From Dehalococcoidia bacterium (GTDB lineage Bacteria > Chloroflexota > Dehalococcoidia > SHYD01), in assembly GCA_965226775.1 (NCBI GenBank), contig CBDDEI010000002.1:2278930-2342929 (forward strand): DNA of 64,000 bases, given 5' to 3'. How positions within the stretch are numbered: position 1 is the first letter of the stretch; every line of letters begins with the position of its first letter. The position numbers and the translations under genes are program-made. Positions 32,141 to 43,756 of the stretch are shown here, piece by piece. The notes below the pieces were generated by a model, which worked only from the letters and a program-made list of their open reading frames with translations, was not told the origin of the DNA and did not search any database.

Positions 32141-33334
32141 CTAACTGCCATCGGCCATGCCTGTGAGCAGGACGCCCCGGGGGATCTCCCCCAACAGGCT
32201 CCCGTTGTCGCCAACCACCGCTATCGGGAACTCAGTCTCGGCCGCTTTCGGGATTATAGACTCAATATAGTCATCAGGGTCTGTGGTCACCGCCTCGACG
32301 ACCTGCGTGCCTTCCAACGATTCCTTCCCCTCTGAAACCAGGTCATTGGCCCGCTCCCGCGTGAGAATCCCCCGCAGGGTGGCGTCCCGCGCTAGCAGAA
32401 ACACCGCGCCGACGTCGTGATTCAGCATGACGTGCAACGCCACACGGGGATTCTGCCATTCGTACACGACCACGTTGGGCTCCCGCATGATCCCCTTAGC
32501 CCGGATTACCTTTGCCTTCGACACGTCTCTCACGAACTCGGTAACGTAGTCGTCGGTCGGCAGGGTTACAACCTCCTCCGGCGAACCCTCTTGGATGATC
32601 TCCCCGTCACGCATGATAGCAATGCGATCGCCTATTTTGAGGGCTTCGTTTAAGTCGTGCGTGATGAACACAATGGTCTTTTGAAGCTCCGACTGAATGG
32701 AGACGAGCTCATCCTGCATCTCCCTACGTATGAGCGGGTCCAAGCCGCTGAACGGCTCGTCCATGAGTATCACGTCGGAGTCCACGGCCAGCGCCCTTGC
32801 CAGGCCGACTCGCTGCTGCATCCCGCCGCTCATCTCACTCGGATAGTAGGTCTCCCAGCCCTTAAGTCCCACGGTCTCAATGGCCTTCTCAGCGGCCTTG
32901 TACCTCTCCGCCTTGTCCATGCCCTGAATCTCTAGGCCGTATGCCACGTTATCCAATACGTGACGGTGAGGGAGAAGACCAAAGTGTTGGAAAACCATGG
33001 CGACCTTGGTCCGGCGGAACTGCATCAGCTGCGCCGGTGAGTATGTGCAGATATCCTCGCCGTCGAAGCGTATCTGCCCGCTCGTAGCTTCCATGAGCCG
33101 GGTGAGACAGCGCACCAGGGTCGACTTGCCGCTGCCGGACAACCCCATGACGACGAATATCTGCCCGGCGTCCACCTGGAACGATATGTTCCGTAGTCCC
33201 ACCACTACGCCCAGATGCTCCTGGAGCTCTGTGCGGCTCATCTCTAGGTACTCCGGCTGGAAGACCCGCTCCGGCTTGTCGCCGAAGACCTTCCATACGT
33301 CGTTGACCTCAATCCGTCGCTCTGGCTCATTCAT
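32141..33334 (-). CDS. proV: Glycine betaine/proline ABC transporter ATPase with CBS domains
   Basis: GLSGSGKST, MSGGMQQRVGLARAL, LMDEPFSGLDP, VFITHDLNEA. Confidence 0.92.
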   Translation of the reverse strand: MNEPERRIEVNDVWKVFGDKPERVFQPEYLEMSRTELQEHLGVVVGLRNISFQVDAGQIFVVMGLSGSGKSTLVRCLTRLMEATSGQIRFDGEDICTYSPAQLMQFRRTKVAMVFQHFGLLPHRHVLDNVAYGLEIQGMDKAERYKAAEKAIETVGLKGWETYYPSEMSGGMQQRVGLARALAVDSDVILMDEPFSGLDPLIRREMQDELVSIQSELQKTIVFITHDLNEALKIGDRIAIMRDGEIIQEGSPEEVVTLPTDDYVTEFVRDVSKAKVIRAKGIMREPNVVVYEWQNPRVALHVMLNHDVGAVFLLARDATLRGILTRERANDLVSEGKESLEGTQVVEAVTTDPDDYIESIIPKAAETEFPIAVVGDNGSLLGEIPRGVLLTGMADGS

Positions 33335-33599
33335 GTTGTCAACATCTCCTCTGGGCAGCCATTCACGCCAACCAGTTCTCTCACCTGCACCTCAGCTGGG
33401 TGCACACTATCCTATCAAAACTGCGGCAGCAATGGCTTCAAGCTTTTCGTTTAGGCTGCTTGACCTACGTCGTGTTGGCGCAGCTAGTATACTTCTTCTA
33501 CCAGAACCCAGGAAGTGGCGGAAGAGTGGCGTCTGGCTGTCTGGTCAGGCTGCCCCGGCGGGCAGCAGCATCGGTTCATCCGCCGTGTGCTGAGCGCCG

Positions 33600-35260
33600 A
33601 CATAGAATTGCGGCATGAGGTTTCGGCCCTAGACTACCCGTGGACTGCGCATCTTTGTCGCCCAAGCCTTAACTCACCCTACCGCCTAACCCGACGCCGC
33701 ACCGCGGGAACCCGTAAAAGCTTTTTCAATGAGGGCCAAGCTCTTATCTACGCGCCAGGCTTTGTTAAATCCGATTACATTTCATTGAGCCCGGAGTACG
33801 AATAGCCTGCAAGATGGGATCTCGAAGCCCTCGAAGAACCAACTTCGAAAGGTCCATAAAGGCTTGTGCCCATTCGTCGCGGCTGCCCGTTCGAGGAGGC
33901 CCCAGGGCGCGTTCAAGAACGTTTCTTCACGAAGCTTCCACCAGTTACATTAGACTCAGACCACTGTCGCATATCAACAGAATGTCCTCCAAAGGGTGGG
34001 TTATTTCTGTCCATTCGCCTCTGGTCGAAGAGCGCGCGTTCGGAAATCTCCGCTTTGGGTTTCTCATTGAAGCTCTTCCAGTACAGTTGTTCCTGATAAG
34101 GAAGGGCTCCTAGCATATGTAGGTATGGACTTGGCCGGCTTCGTTGATATCGTAAGTCTTCAACTCCCAGCCGCCTCCTCTTACGATCGGTGTTCTTCGT
34201 TGATCGTGTACTTTTCTCTGTCAGCCTTGTATTTCGAGGACAGAACCTGCGGGTCGCGGAAAAATGCCGGGGATACCTCGTGGAAGCGAATTCCTTGGTG
34301 CGTCAAAATAACTGGTCGTGACTGCTGGATTGGTCGATATACTCGCTACGCGTTTGTTGCGCCAATCCCGCGCTATGAATTCACAATACTCACGGTCTTT
34401 GCGTAGCAGTCCTTCCATCTTTGATTGATGAGAATATCATGCTCTTTAGATGGCGTGGGGCGAATGATTCGCACGCCGCGGGTATACGCTGCTTTCTCGG
34501 CATCGACCTTTTGCCGGTAGAAAAAATCTTCGCTCTCCCTAACCACATTTTCAGGGCCATCAGGCCATTGGATGAATTCAGAATGCCGCAATAACGCGAA
34601 GTCGAACATACGGATCAATACTGAAGTTCGAGGCGGCGAGATACTGCTCCCAGGAAGCTCCTCGCGCTTGAACGACACGAGTGCCACGTCTCCCTTTTTT
34701 TCTTTTGACGTGATAGAACTACTGGCTATGAAGTCCCCGAGCTCGTCGAAGCGGCAATAAGCGTGCAGTTCTGGACGCCAGTGAAGCGACCCTGATAGAT
34801 GAGAATACTCCTGCAGAATTTCAAAATGCACCCTATCGCTTCCACGTAAACCTTCGAACTCACGGCCAAATACGAGCAGTCGCGCATCCTGCAGTGCCTT
34901 GGAACCCCAAATTGGGCCGTCTCTTTCAATCCAAACATCGTCTCTCCCTCCACCCCAAGTGTAGCTCGCGCAAGAAGAGTATGGATTACCGTTCCAATGT
35001 AGCAAGTCATCCTGGACAACCTAACCTGACCAAAGGCTATCTTCACTTACGACGACTTCATTGATGAATGTATAATCTCCAGACTTCCCTTCTAGATGAT
35101 GGAACTCGTCATCGTCGTCGGTGTCACGTAGCAAGCCTCATGTGTTCGCCAGCCCTTGATCCAAGCTGCATGTGCCTGGCAGAATTATCTTGGGCGGAGT
35201 GTCGAGCCTGGCGATGCGCTCGAGCAACTTATGCCGTGGTCGGATAGCTTGGCATGACAT
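33600..35260 (-). pseudogene. Decayed, lower-GC hypothetical gene
   Basis: Collinear fragments (34373-35005, 34221-34418, 33913-34116 and upstream pieces to ~35260) broken by in-frame stops and frame changes; visibly more AT-rich than the flanks; family not identified. Confidence 0.5.
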
Positions 35261-35427
35261 TGACCTCCATTCCGCTTAGCGATACGACTAATAGTGATTC
35301 TAAGTTTGGTCTAAACGTTCTGTGATTATCCAGTATAGCTAATCCCCCACATATTAGGGATCCCCTTCGGGAGGCTGGCTGCGGCACCATCGCCGACGTT
35401 GGAAACGGGGGCTAGTGTGAGCACGCA

Positions 35428-38400
35428 ATGCAGACGCTAAATGGGCAATTGGTCTACTCGGCGACGGACCTCGTGGGCTTCCTCGAGTGCCGGCATCTCG
35501 CCAACCTTGAGCGAGCGGCCACGGAAGGTCACATCAAGAGGCCTGTGCGGAACGACCCCGTGCTAGACCGGATCGCCCAAAAAGGGCAGGATCACGAAGC
35601 CCGTTTCCTCGCGGACCTGGCTGTCGACGGCGTCACCGTCGAGGAAATCAAGCCGGCCGGGAATACTTCTCCAGCAGCGCGCATTAAGAGCGGGCGTGAG
35701 GCCACGTTGCAGGCGCTACAATCGGGGGTAGACGTTGTCTACCAGGCAACCTTCTTCGATGGCCGCCGGCTTGGTTACGCCGACTTCCTGCGCAGGGTGG
35801 AGCGTCCCAGCAACCTGGGTGCGTGGAGCTACGAAGTCTGGGACACAAAGCTGGCCCGGCACGCCAAGGCCTCTGCGGTGCTGCAACTCTGCATGTACTC
35901 GGAGATGCTGACTGCACTCCAGGGCGTTGCGCCCGAGCGGATGCACCTGGCGCTCGGCGGTGTGCAGCGTGAGACGGTCTCGTTTCGTGTGGCCGACTAC
36001 GCTGCGTACTACCGCTCGGTGGCGCGGGACTTCGAGCAACACTTGGGCGCCGCGGAACCCTCCTTCCCGGTGGCAACGACGCCTGAGCCCGTGGAACACT
36101 GCGACATCTGCCGCTGGAGTCTGGATTGCAAGGCACAGTGGCGACGGGATGACGATCTGGCGCTCGTTGCGAACCTGAGTGCTCGCCAACGGCGCGCCTT
36201 GCACACAAAAGACGTTACTACGAGGACCGCGCTCGCAGAACTGTCGCTCCCACTCCCCGAACCTCTGGACGGCGCGGGACGGGATGCGCTGGCACGCATC
36301 CAGGCGCAGGCAAATATCCAGGTGCGGGGCGAACGGCAGCGGCAGATCATCTCCGAGCGCATCCCCCAGGCCCGTGACCGCGAGGGCATGCTTGACGCTG
36401 ACCAGGGATTGCTGATACTCCCTGAGCCATCTCCCGGCGACCTCTTCTTTGATATTGAGGGCGACCCATTCTATGGGTCCACTGAGGCGGACGGCATCGA
36501 CTATCTGTTTGGCTTTATCGAACCTGGCCACTTGGATGACGCGGGGAATCCGACATTCCAAGCGCTATGGGCCATCGAAGACGGCAGCGTATCAGGCGGG
36601 GCCGAACGCCGGATGTTCGAGGCTTTTATCGACCGCGTCATGGAGGGGTTGGCTGCCGACCCCAAAATGCACGTTTACCACTACGCACCGTATGAACCCA
36701 CTGCGGTGAAGCGGCTGGCCGGCCGTTATGGTACCCGAGAAACGGAAGTGGACCAACTGCTCCGCGGCGGCGTCTTCGTCGACCTTTATCGCGCCGTGCG
36801 CCAGGGCATCCGTGCCTCGGTGGAAAGCTACTCTATCAAGAAACTAGAGCCGCTCTATGGCTTTAAGCGAGTAATCGACCTGCGTGACGCCGGCGACAGC
36901 ATCGTCCAGTTCGAGACGTGGCTGGAGCTCGGGGACGGCCAGGAGCGCGACGAAGTACTGCGGGAGATAGAAGGCTACAACCGTGACGACTGCGTTTCTA
37001 CCCTGCTCCTCCGCAACTGGCTAGAGGACCAGCGAGCCGCGCTTGAAGGTGAGCTGGGCGAGACGCTGCCGCGAGGACGTGTGAAGGAGCCGGAAGAGAC
37101 TGAGGATAGCGAGGCCCTGAAGGAAATAAAGCAAAAGGTAGAGCAGCTGACGGCCGGTGTTCCCGATAACCTGGAAAGTGCGACCGAAGAGCAGCGGGGG
37201 CGATGGCTCTTGGCGCAAATGCTTCTGTGGCACCGCCGGGAGGCAAAATCTATCTGGTGGCGGTATTTCCTCCTGAAGAACGAGCTAACCGACGAAGAGC
37301 GTCTAGGAGAGCCCGATGCCTTAAGCGGCCTAGTCTTTAAGGACTCCTGGCCCGATCCGAAGCCTAGGGCCAGTTCTACCATCTATCGTTTCAGCTTCCC
37401 ACCCCAGGAGCACAAGATCAGCGTCGGTGACTCGCTCCGTGATCCTGTGACCGACATGCCCGCTGGCACAGTGGCGTCTCTAGACGACGAAGCATGCGTG
37501 CTGGAATTGAGGCTTGGGACAAAAAACCCGCCGCCAATAGCCGCCACCTCGCTCATCCAGATGCCTTTCATGCGTCTCTCGCCTAGGCCGGAAAGCCTCC
37601 AGCGTCTAGCAGACTGGGTGATCGAGAACGGCTGTGACGCAGACGGCGATTTCAGGGCAGCGCGTGACCTACTCATGCGCCGCCTGCCGCGTGTTAGCGG
37701 TTCGCCGGAGGGAGTCGCACTCCAGCAAGGCGAAAGCCCGCAGCATGCGGCGCGGCGGCTCGTCCTTGCCCTCGACCACAGCTACCTTGCACTTCAGGGA
37801 CCGCCGGGTTCCGGCAAGAGCTCGGTTGGAGCAGAGATGATTGTGGACTTGGTTGCGGCCGGGAAGCGTGTCGGAGTCACGGCCAACAGCCACAAAGTCA
37901 TTGGCGAGCTACTGGATAAAGTGGACAAAGAAGCCCAGAAACGAGCCGTTCCCTTGCGCATCGGCCAGCGGACCGACGAAGAGCCAACCTTCCCCAAAGC
38001 AGTTCGATTAAAGTCGACTGCTGACGCACAGCAGCAGCTGGCTAACGGAACCCTCAAGGTAGTAGGCGGCACCAGCTGGCTCTGGGCGGCCGAGGCGATG
38101 ATCCGCAGCGTCGATGTGCTCTTTATCGACGAGGCGGGCCAGATGTCCCTTGCGGACGCACTCGCGGCGGCGCCTTGCGCGGCGAACCTTGTGCTCCTTG
38201 GGGACCCGCAGCAGCTGGACCAGCCACTCCAGGGTATCCACCCGCCGGGGGCCGAGCGTTCGGCATTGGCGCACGTCCTCAACGGCGAAAGCGTGATGCC
38301 GGATCATCTTGGCATCTTCCTCGATGGCACCTGGCGCTTGCATCCCACAATCAGCGCCTACACCTCTGAGGTCTTCTATGAGGGGCGACTGCACTCCCAG

Positions 38401-38940
38401 CCTGGCCGCGAGTTCCTCGCCCTGCAGGGGAGGCCGCCGCTTTCGGGTGTCGGTATGCGGTTCATCTCCGTGCCCCACGAAGGGCATTCCAGCGATGCGC
38501 CGGAGGAAGCTGCAGCGATTGCCAAGCTGGTGGACCAGCTACTGGCCGCGGGCGCGACGTGGACCGATGCGAGTAGCCAGACGAAACGGCTGACGGCACA
38601 GGACGTGCTGATGATAACCCCGTACAACGCCCAGGTGAGAGTGCTTAGCGCCGGCCTTCCCGGCTATCGCGTTGGCACCGTTGACAAGTTTCAAGGGCAG
38701 GAAGCGCCCATTTCGGTTTACTCAATGGCGACAAGCTCCTCGGATGAGGCCCCTCGTGGGTTGGAGTTCCTCTACAGCCTGAACCGCTTGAATGTCGCGA
38801 CCAGCCGGGCGCAGTGCCTGGCCGTCGTTGTCGCGAGCCCTCGGCTGCTGTCGGTGCGATGCCGCACGCCCCGTCAGATGCGGCTGGTGAACGCGCTTGC
38901 TCGTCTAGTTGAGGTTGCTACCACCGAACCTGGGCCTTAA
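35428..38940 (+). CDS. TM0106-family RecB-like nuclease fused to RNase H-like domain and SF1 (DNA2/UPF1-type) helicase
   Basis: GYADFL..EVWDTKLA..QLC.Y PD-(D/E)xK; FFDIEGDP and YNRDDC; QGPPGSGKS, DEAGQ, LGDPQQL, TVDKFQGQE, RLNVATSRA. Confidence 0.9.
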   Translation: MQTLNGQLVYSATDLVGFLECRHLANLERAATEGHIKRPVRNDPVLDRIAQKGQDHEARFLADLAVDGVTVEEIKPAGNTSPAARIKSGREATLQALQSGVDVVYQATFFDGRRLGYADFLRRVERPSNLGAWSYEVWDTKLARHAKASAVLQLCMYSEMLTALQGVAPERMHLALGGVQRETVSFRVADYAAYYRSVARDFEQHLGAAEPSFPVATTPEPVEHCDICRWSLDCKAQWRRDDDLALVANLSARQRRALHTKDVTTRTALAELSLPLPEPLDGAGRDALARIQAQANIQVRGERQRQIISERIPQARDREGMLDADQGLLILPEPSPGDLFFDIEGDPFYGSTEADGIDYLFGFIEPGHLDDAGNPTFQALWAIEDGSVSGGAERRMFEAFIDRVMEGLAADPKMHVYHYAPYEPTAVKRLAGRYGTRETEVDQLLRGGVFVDLYRAVRQGIRASVESYSIKKLEPLYGFKRVIDLRDAGDSIVQFETWLELGDGQERDEVLREIEGYNRDDCVSTLLLRNWLEDQRAALEGELGETLPRGRVKEPEETEDSEALKEIKQKVEQLTAGVPDNLESATEEQRGRWLLAQMLLWHRREAKSIWWRYFLLKNELTDEERLGEPDALSGLVFKDSWPDPKPRASSTIYRFSFPPQEHKISVGDSLRDPVTDMPAGTVASLDDEACVLELRLGTKNPPPIAATSLIQMPFMRLSPRPESLQRLADWVIENGCDADGDFRAARDLLMRRLPRVSGSPEGVALQQGESPQHAARRLVLALDHSYLALQGPPGSGKSSVGAEMIVDLVAAGKRVGVTANSHKVIGELLDKVDKEAQKRAVPLRIGQRTDEEPTFPKAVRLKSTADAQQQLANGTLKVVGGTSWLWAAEAMIRSVDVLFIDEAGQMSLADALAAAPCAANLVLLGDPQQLDQPLQGIHPPGAERSALAHVLNGESVMPDHLGIFLDGTWRLHPTISAYTSEVFYEGRLHSQPGREFLALQGRPPLSGVGMRFISVPHEGHSSDAPEEAAAIAKLVDQLLAAGATWTDASSQTKRLTAQDVLMITPYNAQVRVLSAGLPGYRVGTVDKFQGQEAPISVYSMATSSSDEAPRGLEFLYSLNRLNVATSRAQCLAVVVASPRLLSVRCRTPRQMRLVNALARLVEVATTEPGP

Positions 38941-39090
38941 GCGCCGGAAGAGTGCGCTTAGCAGGGGCCGTTCCCAGCCTTTAGACGATGGTATCGAGTG
39001 ATAGCGCCTCATTGACACAAGTACCTAGATACTTGATCACATCTGAACGGTTTCGGATGCTTCCCTTGTCAATCCATTCCTGAACAATGT

Positions 39091-39774
39091 TCAGTTGCCC
39101 TTGTTCAAGCCGTCCGTTGTAGAGATGTCCAGCAGTCCGTTACGGATGCACCAGAGCACTAGCCCCTGCATTGTCCCGACCTTCAACTTTTGCTGGATGC
39201 CGTAGATGGCGTTCCGAACGGTCACCGGCTTTATCCCCCTCTCCTCCGCTATCCGAGCGTAGGACATGCCCCGGGCAAAGGAGACAAGTATCTCCCGCTC
39301 CCTAGAAGTCAGCCCGTCGGTGGCATCTTCCGTCCTTCTTGCGCCGCGTATCGCCGAGAACGCCCTTCTGACAATTACAGGTGGCAAACGATAATCGCCC
39401 AGAAACACGTTCCGCACGGCTGACAGCAGTTGCTCCATGCCAGTCTCCTTCTGGAGGTATCCGTTAGCGCCGGCGGCCACGGCCTGCACAACGGCGTCTT
39501 CCTCGGTCGAGGCCGTTAGCATGAGCACGCGGGTCTTGGGTGCGTACTCCATGATCTCCCTGCACGCCTCAATTCCATCCTTCTTCGGCATTATCACATC
39601 CATCACCACCACGTCTGGTGACACGTCTGCGGCCACCCTAACCGCCTCCTCGCCATCCTCCGCCAGTCCCACTACCTCGAACTCGCCGGACTGCTCTAGG
39701 ACCCGTTGCAGGCCGGCCCTCACAATAGAATGATCGTCAACGATCATCACCCTTATGCGCTCGTCCGTTGACAT
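39091..39774 (-). CDS. NarL/LuxR-family response regulator
   Basis: IVDDH, VMDVIMP receiver; LTSREREIL..IAEERGIKPVTV HTH. Confidence 0.92.
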   Translation of the reverse strand: MSTDERIRVMIVDDHSIVRAGLQRVLEQSGEFEVVGLAEDGEEAVRVAADVSPDVVVMDVIMPKKDGIEACREIMEYAPKTRVLMLTASTEEDAVVQAVAAGANGYLQKETGMEQLLSAVRNVFLGDYRLPPVIVRRAFSAIRGARRTEDATDGLTSREREILVSFARGMSYARIAEERGIKPVTVRNAIYGIQQKLKVGTMQGLVLWCIRNGLLDISTTDGLNKGN

Positions 39775-39787
39775 CCCGGTCCTCCTC

Positions 39788-41041
39788 TCACTTTCGTTCC
39801 AGCGGGATCACGCAGGTCACGGTCGCGCCGCCCATGGCGCCTTTCTTATCCACCTCAAGACGCCCGCCCAGCCGCTCGGCGGCACTGCTCATGTTCGCAA
39901 AACCGCTACCGCGCTCCGCGTAATCATCGGGAAGCCCGGCCCCGTCGTCCGACACCGAGAGGCGACTATCCTCCTCGGCAAACTCCAAGTTGATGGCCAC
40001 ACTCTTCGCCTCAGCATGGCAGTATGCGTTGGTGAGCGCGTTGTGGGCTATCGAGAAGAGCAGGCTCTTCGCCTCTATCGAAAGGGGCGGCTCGACTCCC
40101 GTCTGTGTCATTGCAGCGGGCACGGAGGTGACATTCGTAAAACTGGACGCGTGCGACCTGAGTGCCCGGCTCAACTCCCTGCCCTCGAAGATACCGCCTA
40201 CGTTAATGGGATGTCTCAGCTCCAAAATGATGGACCGGGACAGCCGGGACGTCGCCTCAAGCGTCGCGGTCAGCGCGGGGTTCGCGTCTCCGGCCAGGGC
40301 CTGCGCCGAGTCAATGCCCAACCTGATCATGTACGCAGACTGGGCCGCAGTGTCGTGAATGGCCCGGGACAGCTCGACCCGCTCACCCTGAAGTGCCCGC
40401 TCGCGCTCCACCCCCTGCCTCCACCTGATCCGCTCGAACCTGGTTGCCAGGTTGACCGCCACAACGACCGCATACATGACAGCTATCCTGGCCACCAACG
40501 CCTTTTCATCCTTTGCCTCGATGTCTATTCCATCCCCCACGGTCAGGCTGATCGCCACATAGATGAGGGACACCATCGTCACCCAGGCTATGTTGAGCCT
40601 GAAGGAAGTGAATAGCACCGCCATCCCGGCCAACACAGGATAATAGAACAGGTGGCTGAAGGGGTGGCTGAAGCCGTTGCTTAACGCCGCCACTGCCGAA
40701 AGTAGGAACACATCCAACGCGTAGAGAGCCACAAGCCAGTGCCATGTAATCAGCCTCTTCGACAGGATACGGTAGTGAATGTACCCGTTGAACCCGATCA
40801 ACACCAGGATCAGCAGCGCAAAGGCGGCATATGTGGCAACCCCAAAATCGAGATTGGGGCGATACACCACTTCAAACAATCCTACGACGATCAGGAACCA
40901 GTGCGCTCTGACCGAAATGGTCGCCACGTACTTTAGGCCGTCCGGGTCTATCTGGTTGAGCGTCCAGTCGTTTAGCCGGAAGGTGTCGGTTGCCTTTGTG
41001 ACTAGCCGCATGACGCGGCTGTAGTGGAATCCGTGAGGCAT
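39788..41041 (-). CDS. Membrane sensor histidine kinase (HisKA_3/NarX-type)
   Basis: About 6 TM helices; SRAIHDTAAQ H-box, HNALTNAYCHA, DDGAG, GFANM. Confidence 0.88.
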   Translation of the reverse strand: MPHGFHYSRVMRLVTKATDTFRLNDWTLNQIDPDGLKYVATISVRAHWFLIVVGLFEVVYRPNLDFGVATYAAFALLILVLIGFNGYIHYRILSKRLITWHWLVALYALDVFLLSAVAALSNGFSHPFSHLFYYPVLAGMAVLFTSFRLNIAWVTMVSLIYVAISLTVGDGIDIEAKDEKALVARIAVMYAVVVAVNLATRFERIRWRQGVERERALQGERVELSRAIHDTAAQSAYMIRLGIDSAQALAGDANPALTATLEATSRLSRSIILELRHPINVGGIFEGRELSRALRSHASSFTNVTSVPAAMTQTGVEPPLSIEAKSLLFSIAHNALTNAYCHAEAKSVAINLEFAEEDSRLSVSDDGAGLPDDYAERGSGFANMSSAAERLGGRLEVDKKGAMGGATVTCVIPLERK

Positions 41042-41489
41042 CTCGTTTCCTGGTCCATGAGTCTATGAGCCGCTTGGATGGTTGCGCGCTGGAGTTCCCA
41101 TCGCAGCCTTTTTCAATCTAACCAGTAGGGGCCATGTGGGCAAGAAGCAAATGTATCTACCCGCTATAGCGAAAGTACCTGTAGTGGGAGCATTGTCACT
41201 AGATAGGCGTAACAATCGGAGATCTGCGAGCGGTCTTGAATGACTATCTCCAAATTAGGCTGGGCCTAAGGTTATGGGGTGCGCGCAGAAGAGGCATTCT
41301 TATTCCCTTCAGAAGCGCTTTTGACGTTCCTGTGGCAGGGCAAAAACCCCTTGGAATAGGGCGTTTGGTAATTGTCGGCGGCAAGGAAATCAGAGAGTCT
41401 AAGGTTACACCATCGGGGCTGGGTCTGTTCAATCCCATCCCATTGTAGGTAGAGGATCGTAGGACACGTACACCATCAGCTTTACGAAG

Positions 41490-41991
41490 ACGGAAGGAAG
41501 GCGGCCGGAAGTTCACGTCCAAAGACGAAGACACACTCATCTTGTTTGCCGCCCAAGCGGCAATGGCCATCGCCAACGCCCTGAGTCACAGTACGGAACA
41601 GCAGGCCAGAGCCGACCTAGAGGCCCTGATCAACATCTCGCCCGTGGGCATCCTGGTCTTCGATGCGAAGACCGGAGACCTGATGTCGGCTAATGAGGAG
41701 ACCCGACGGATCGCCGGCAAGCTGAATGCGCCGGGCCGCACCCTAAAGCAGCTCCTTGAGGTGGTGACTCCCAGAAGCGTGGATGGGCACTATATCCCGT
41801 TGGATGAGCTTCCTACTGCAAAGGCGCTGAGAAACGGCGAAACCGTACTCGCCGATGAGGTCGTCATCCACCTACCGGATGGACGGGCGGTCACCACTCT
41901 CGTCAACGCCAGGCCGCTCTACCGGGAAGACGGCGAGGCCGTGTCCGTCGTAGCCACCTTGCAGGACATAACCCCGCTGGAAGAGAATTGA
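41490..41991 (+). pseudogene. GAF-end plus PAS fragment of the hybrid-kinase family (paralog of 61549-63969)
   Basis: KEGGRKFTSKDEDTLILFAAQAAMAIANA...DLEALINISPVG matches KEGGSEFTAEDEETLVMFASQAAMVIANA...DLETLINTSPVG; it stops at TPLEEN, just before the HisKA helix, and has no N-terminus. Confidence 0.75.
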
Positions 41992-42008
41992 GAGGATCGG
42001 ATGCCGCT

Positions 42009-42491
42009 ATGAATTCGGACCTGAGTCGACAGCAGGCCGCCATAACGGGAAAGCCGCCCCTTGAGCTAGAGGAATGTGTGACCGGCTTTGTGAACGCGGG
42101 TGCCAGGGGGCTGGCGCATCAGGTGGCACACCATGATTTCACCCCCTTGGAGTTTGCTCTCCTCAGAGTCTTCCTGAGGCAAGAGGAGTGCACCACCACC
42201 CAGTTGGCGCAGATACTCCCCGTCACCCCGTCTCTCATAAGCCGCGTGGTGACCAAGATGGTAAACCGGGGCCTGATGCGCAGGCGCCGCCTCCGCAACG
42301 ACCGGCGCATCGTGATGCTGACGTTGACCGAGGAGGGGAAGAACCTGACGCTAAAGCTTCACCAGCGCGTGCTGGCATACGTTGCAATGCTCTTCGAGGG
42401 CATCAGTGAGGAGGAGACGGCGGTCTTCGCATCCGTAACCTTAAAGGTCATGGCCAACTACTCCGCCTTGGAGGAGTCAAACCTATCGTAA
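42009..42491 (+). CDS. MarR-family transcriptional regulator
   Basis: FTPLEFALL, TTTQLAQ, SRVVTKMVNRGLMRR..DRR.V.LTLTEEG. Confidence 0.85.
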   Translation: MNSDLSRQQAAITGKPPLELEECVTGFVNAGARGLAHQVAHHDFTPLEFALLRVFLRQEECTTTQLAQILPVTPSLISRVVTKMVNRGLMRRRRLRNDRRIVMLTLTEEGKNLTLKLHQRVLAYVAMLFEGISEEETAVFASVTLKVMANYSALEESNLS

Positions 42492-43025
42492 CAGCCCACG
42501 TAGTCAAGTGAAGAGGAACAGGGGAGCGGCGGCGTTGGGCATCGACCCCAGGACGGTGGTCGCGTGCAGGAGAGGGAGAAGGCTCTGCTGCGGCCCTAAT
42601 TCATGGAGTGGGTTCAGCCGCTGCCGTGGCGGGCGCAGGCCGCGCCAGCGGGGGTTTCCTCCGAGTCTGGACCACAGGCAAGAACCAGAACTGCCGGAGC
42701 GAAGCTTATCTTCTTGGCCGATAACGGTTAGCCCGTGACCCCACATGTGGTCGGTTTCAGGTCCCGTGGGGCGGCCGAACGACATGGCTGCATCGTAAAT
42801 GGTCATTCGATGCCGGTCCATCTCCGGTGTCTCCATGTTGTGCAAAGGTCCGTGGAGGGGGACCCAGCGCCCTAGATTCCGGCCTGCGACGGAATGGAGA
42901 TGTGAGACAAGCGAGCGACGAAAATGGAAACGTGGTGAACGGGAAATTGCTTTGCATTCGGCCTTGCCTCTTGTATGCTGTAGGCGCTTTTTATCGGTCC
43001 GCAAACCATGTGTGAGGAAAAGACA

Positions 43026-43756
43026 ATGGGCGCCATGACGGAGAACAAGATCGGCGGATTCGCGCTAATGAGCGGAGCGATTCTGATGATGGTCGCATCC
43101 TTGATCGCACCTGGAACGGGCCTCGTGGACACCATGGAGCAACAGACCGACCTGGTGGCACTGATGGAGTCCATGGTGGACAACTCCAACTAGACCCACG
43201 TCACGTCGCTGCTAATCTCCCTGGCGATGGTGTTGCAGATCTATGGGATCGTCGTCCTCTGGCAGAACACTGGAGACAGCGGTGCCGCCGGCACTCTAGT
43301 GAGGCTGGGCCTGTCCGTCATAGTGGTTGCGATAGTCTTTCTGCTGGCGGGTAAGGGCTTGGACCACGCCTCCGTCCACGTCAGAGTGCACGGTGTGGGC
43401 ATGGGCGTTGGGGAGGCGCAGGCGCCAGCGCTGCAGGCGATGGCGCTAACGATCCTGGCTGTCAAGGGCGGCCTGTACGTCATGGCCAGCACCGCAGGCA
43501 GCTTAGCTACATTGTCTTTGGGCTGGGCATGGCGGCCAGGTTCCCATCCATGAACTTTCACAAGATAGCGCCGCTCATTGTGACCGTCTTAGCAGTCTTC
43601 GGTTTGGCAAGCGTAGTCGGCGCCGAGCACGCCCACGACCTACTCGACCCGGCGGTCAAGTTCTCCCAGGTCCTCATTTTTGTGAACCTCCTCTACCTAG
43701 TGATGGTTGGATGGGGCCTCTACCGGGGCGTGGCCGGCTACGCAAGGGAGGAATGA
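43026..43756 (+). pseudogene. Interrupted multi-TM membrane protein
   Basis: In-frame TAG at 43191-43193 joins ORFs 43008-43193 and 43227-43553; a frame change near 43530 joins 43529-43756; about 6 hydrophobic helices overall. Confidence 0.6.

Noticed and set aside
33335-33600. Riboswitch upstream of proV
   Set aside because: No consensus of a known riboswitch class that I could recognise; needs an Rfam scan.
42500-43000. Short overlapping ORFs between MarR and the membrane pseudogene
   Set aside because: No RBS or motif support in any frame.
43191-43193. Pyrrolysine or amber read-through in the membrane protein gene
   Set aside because: No pyl genes seen, and the same gene also has a frameshift, so decay is simpler.
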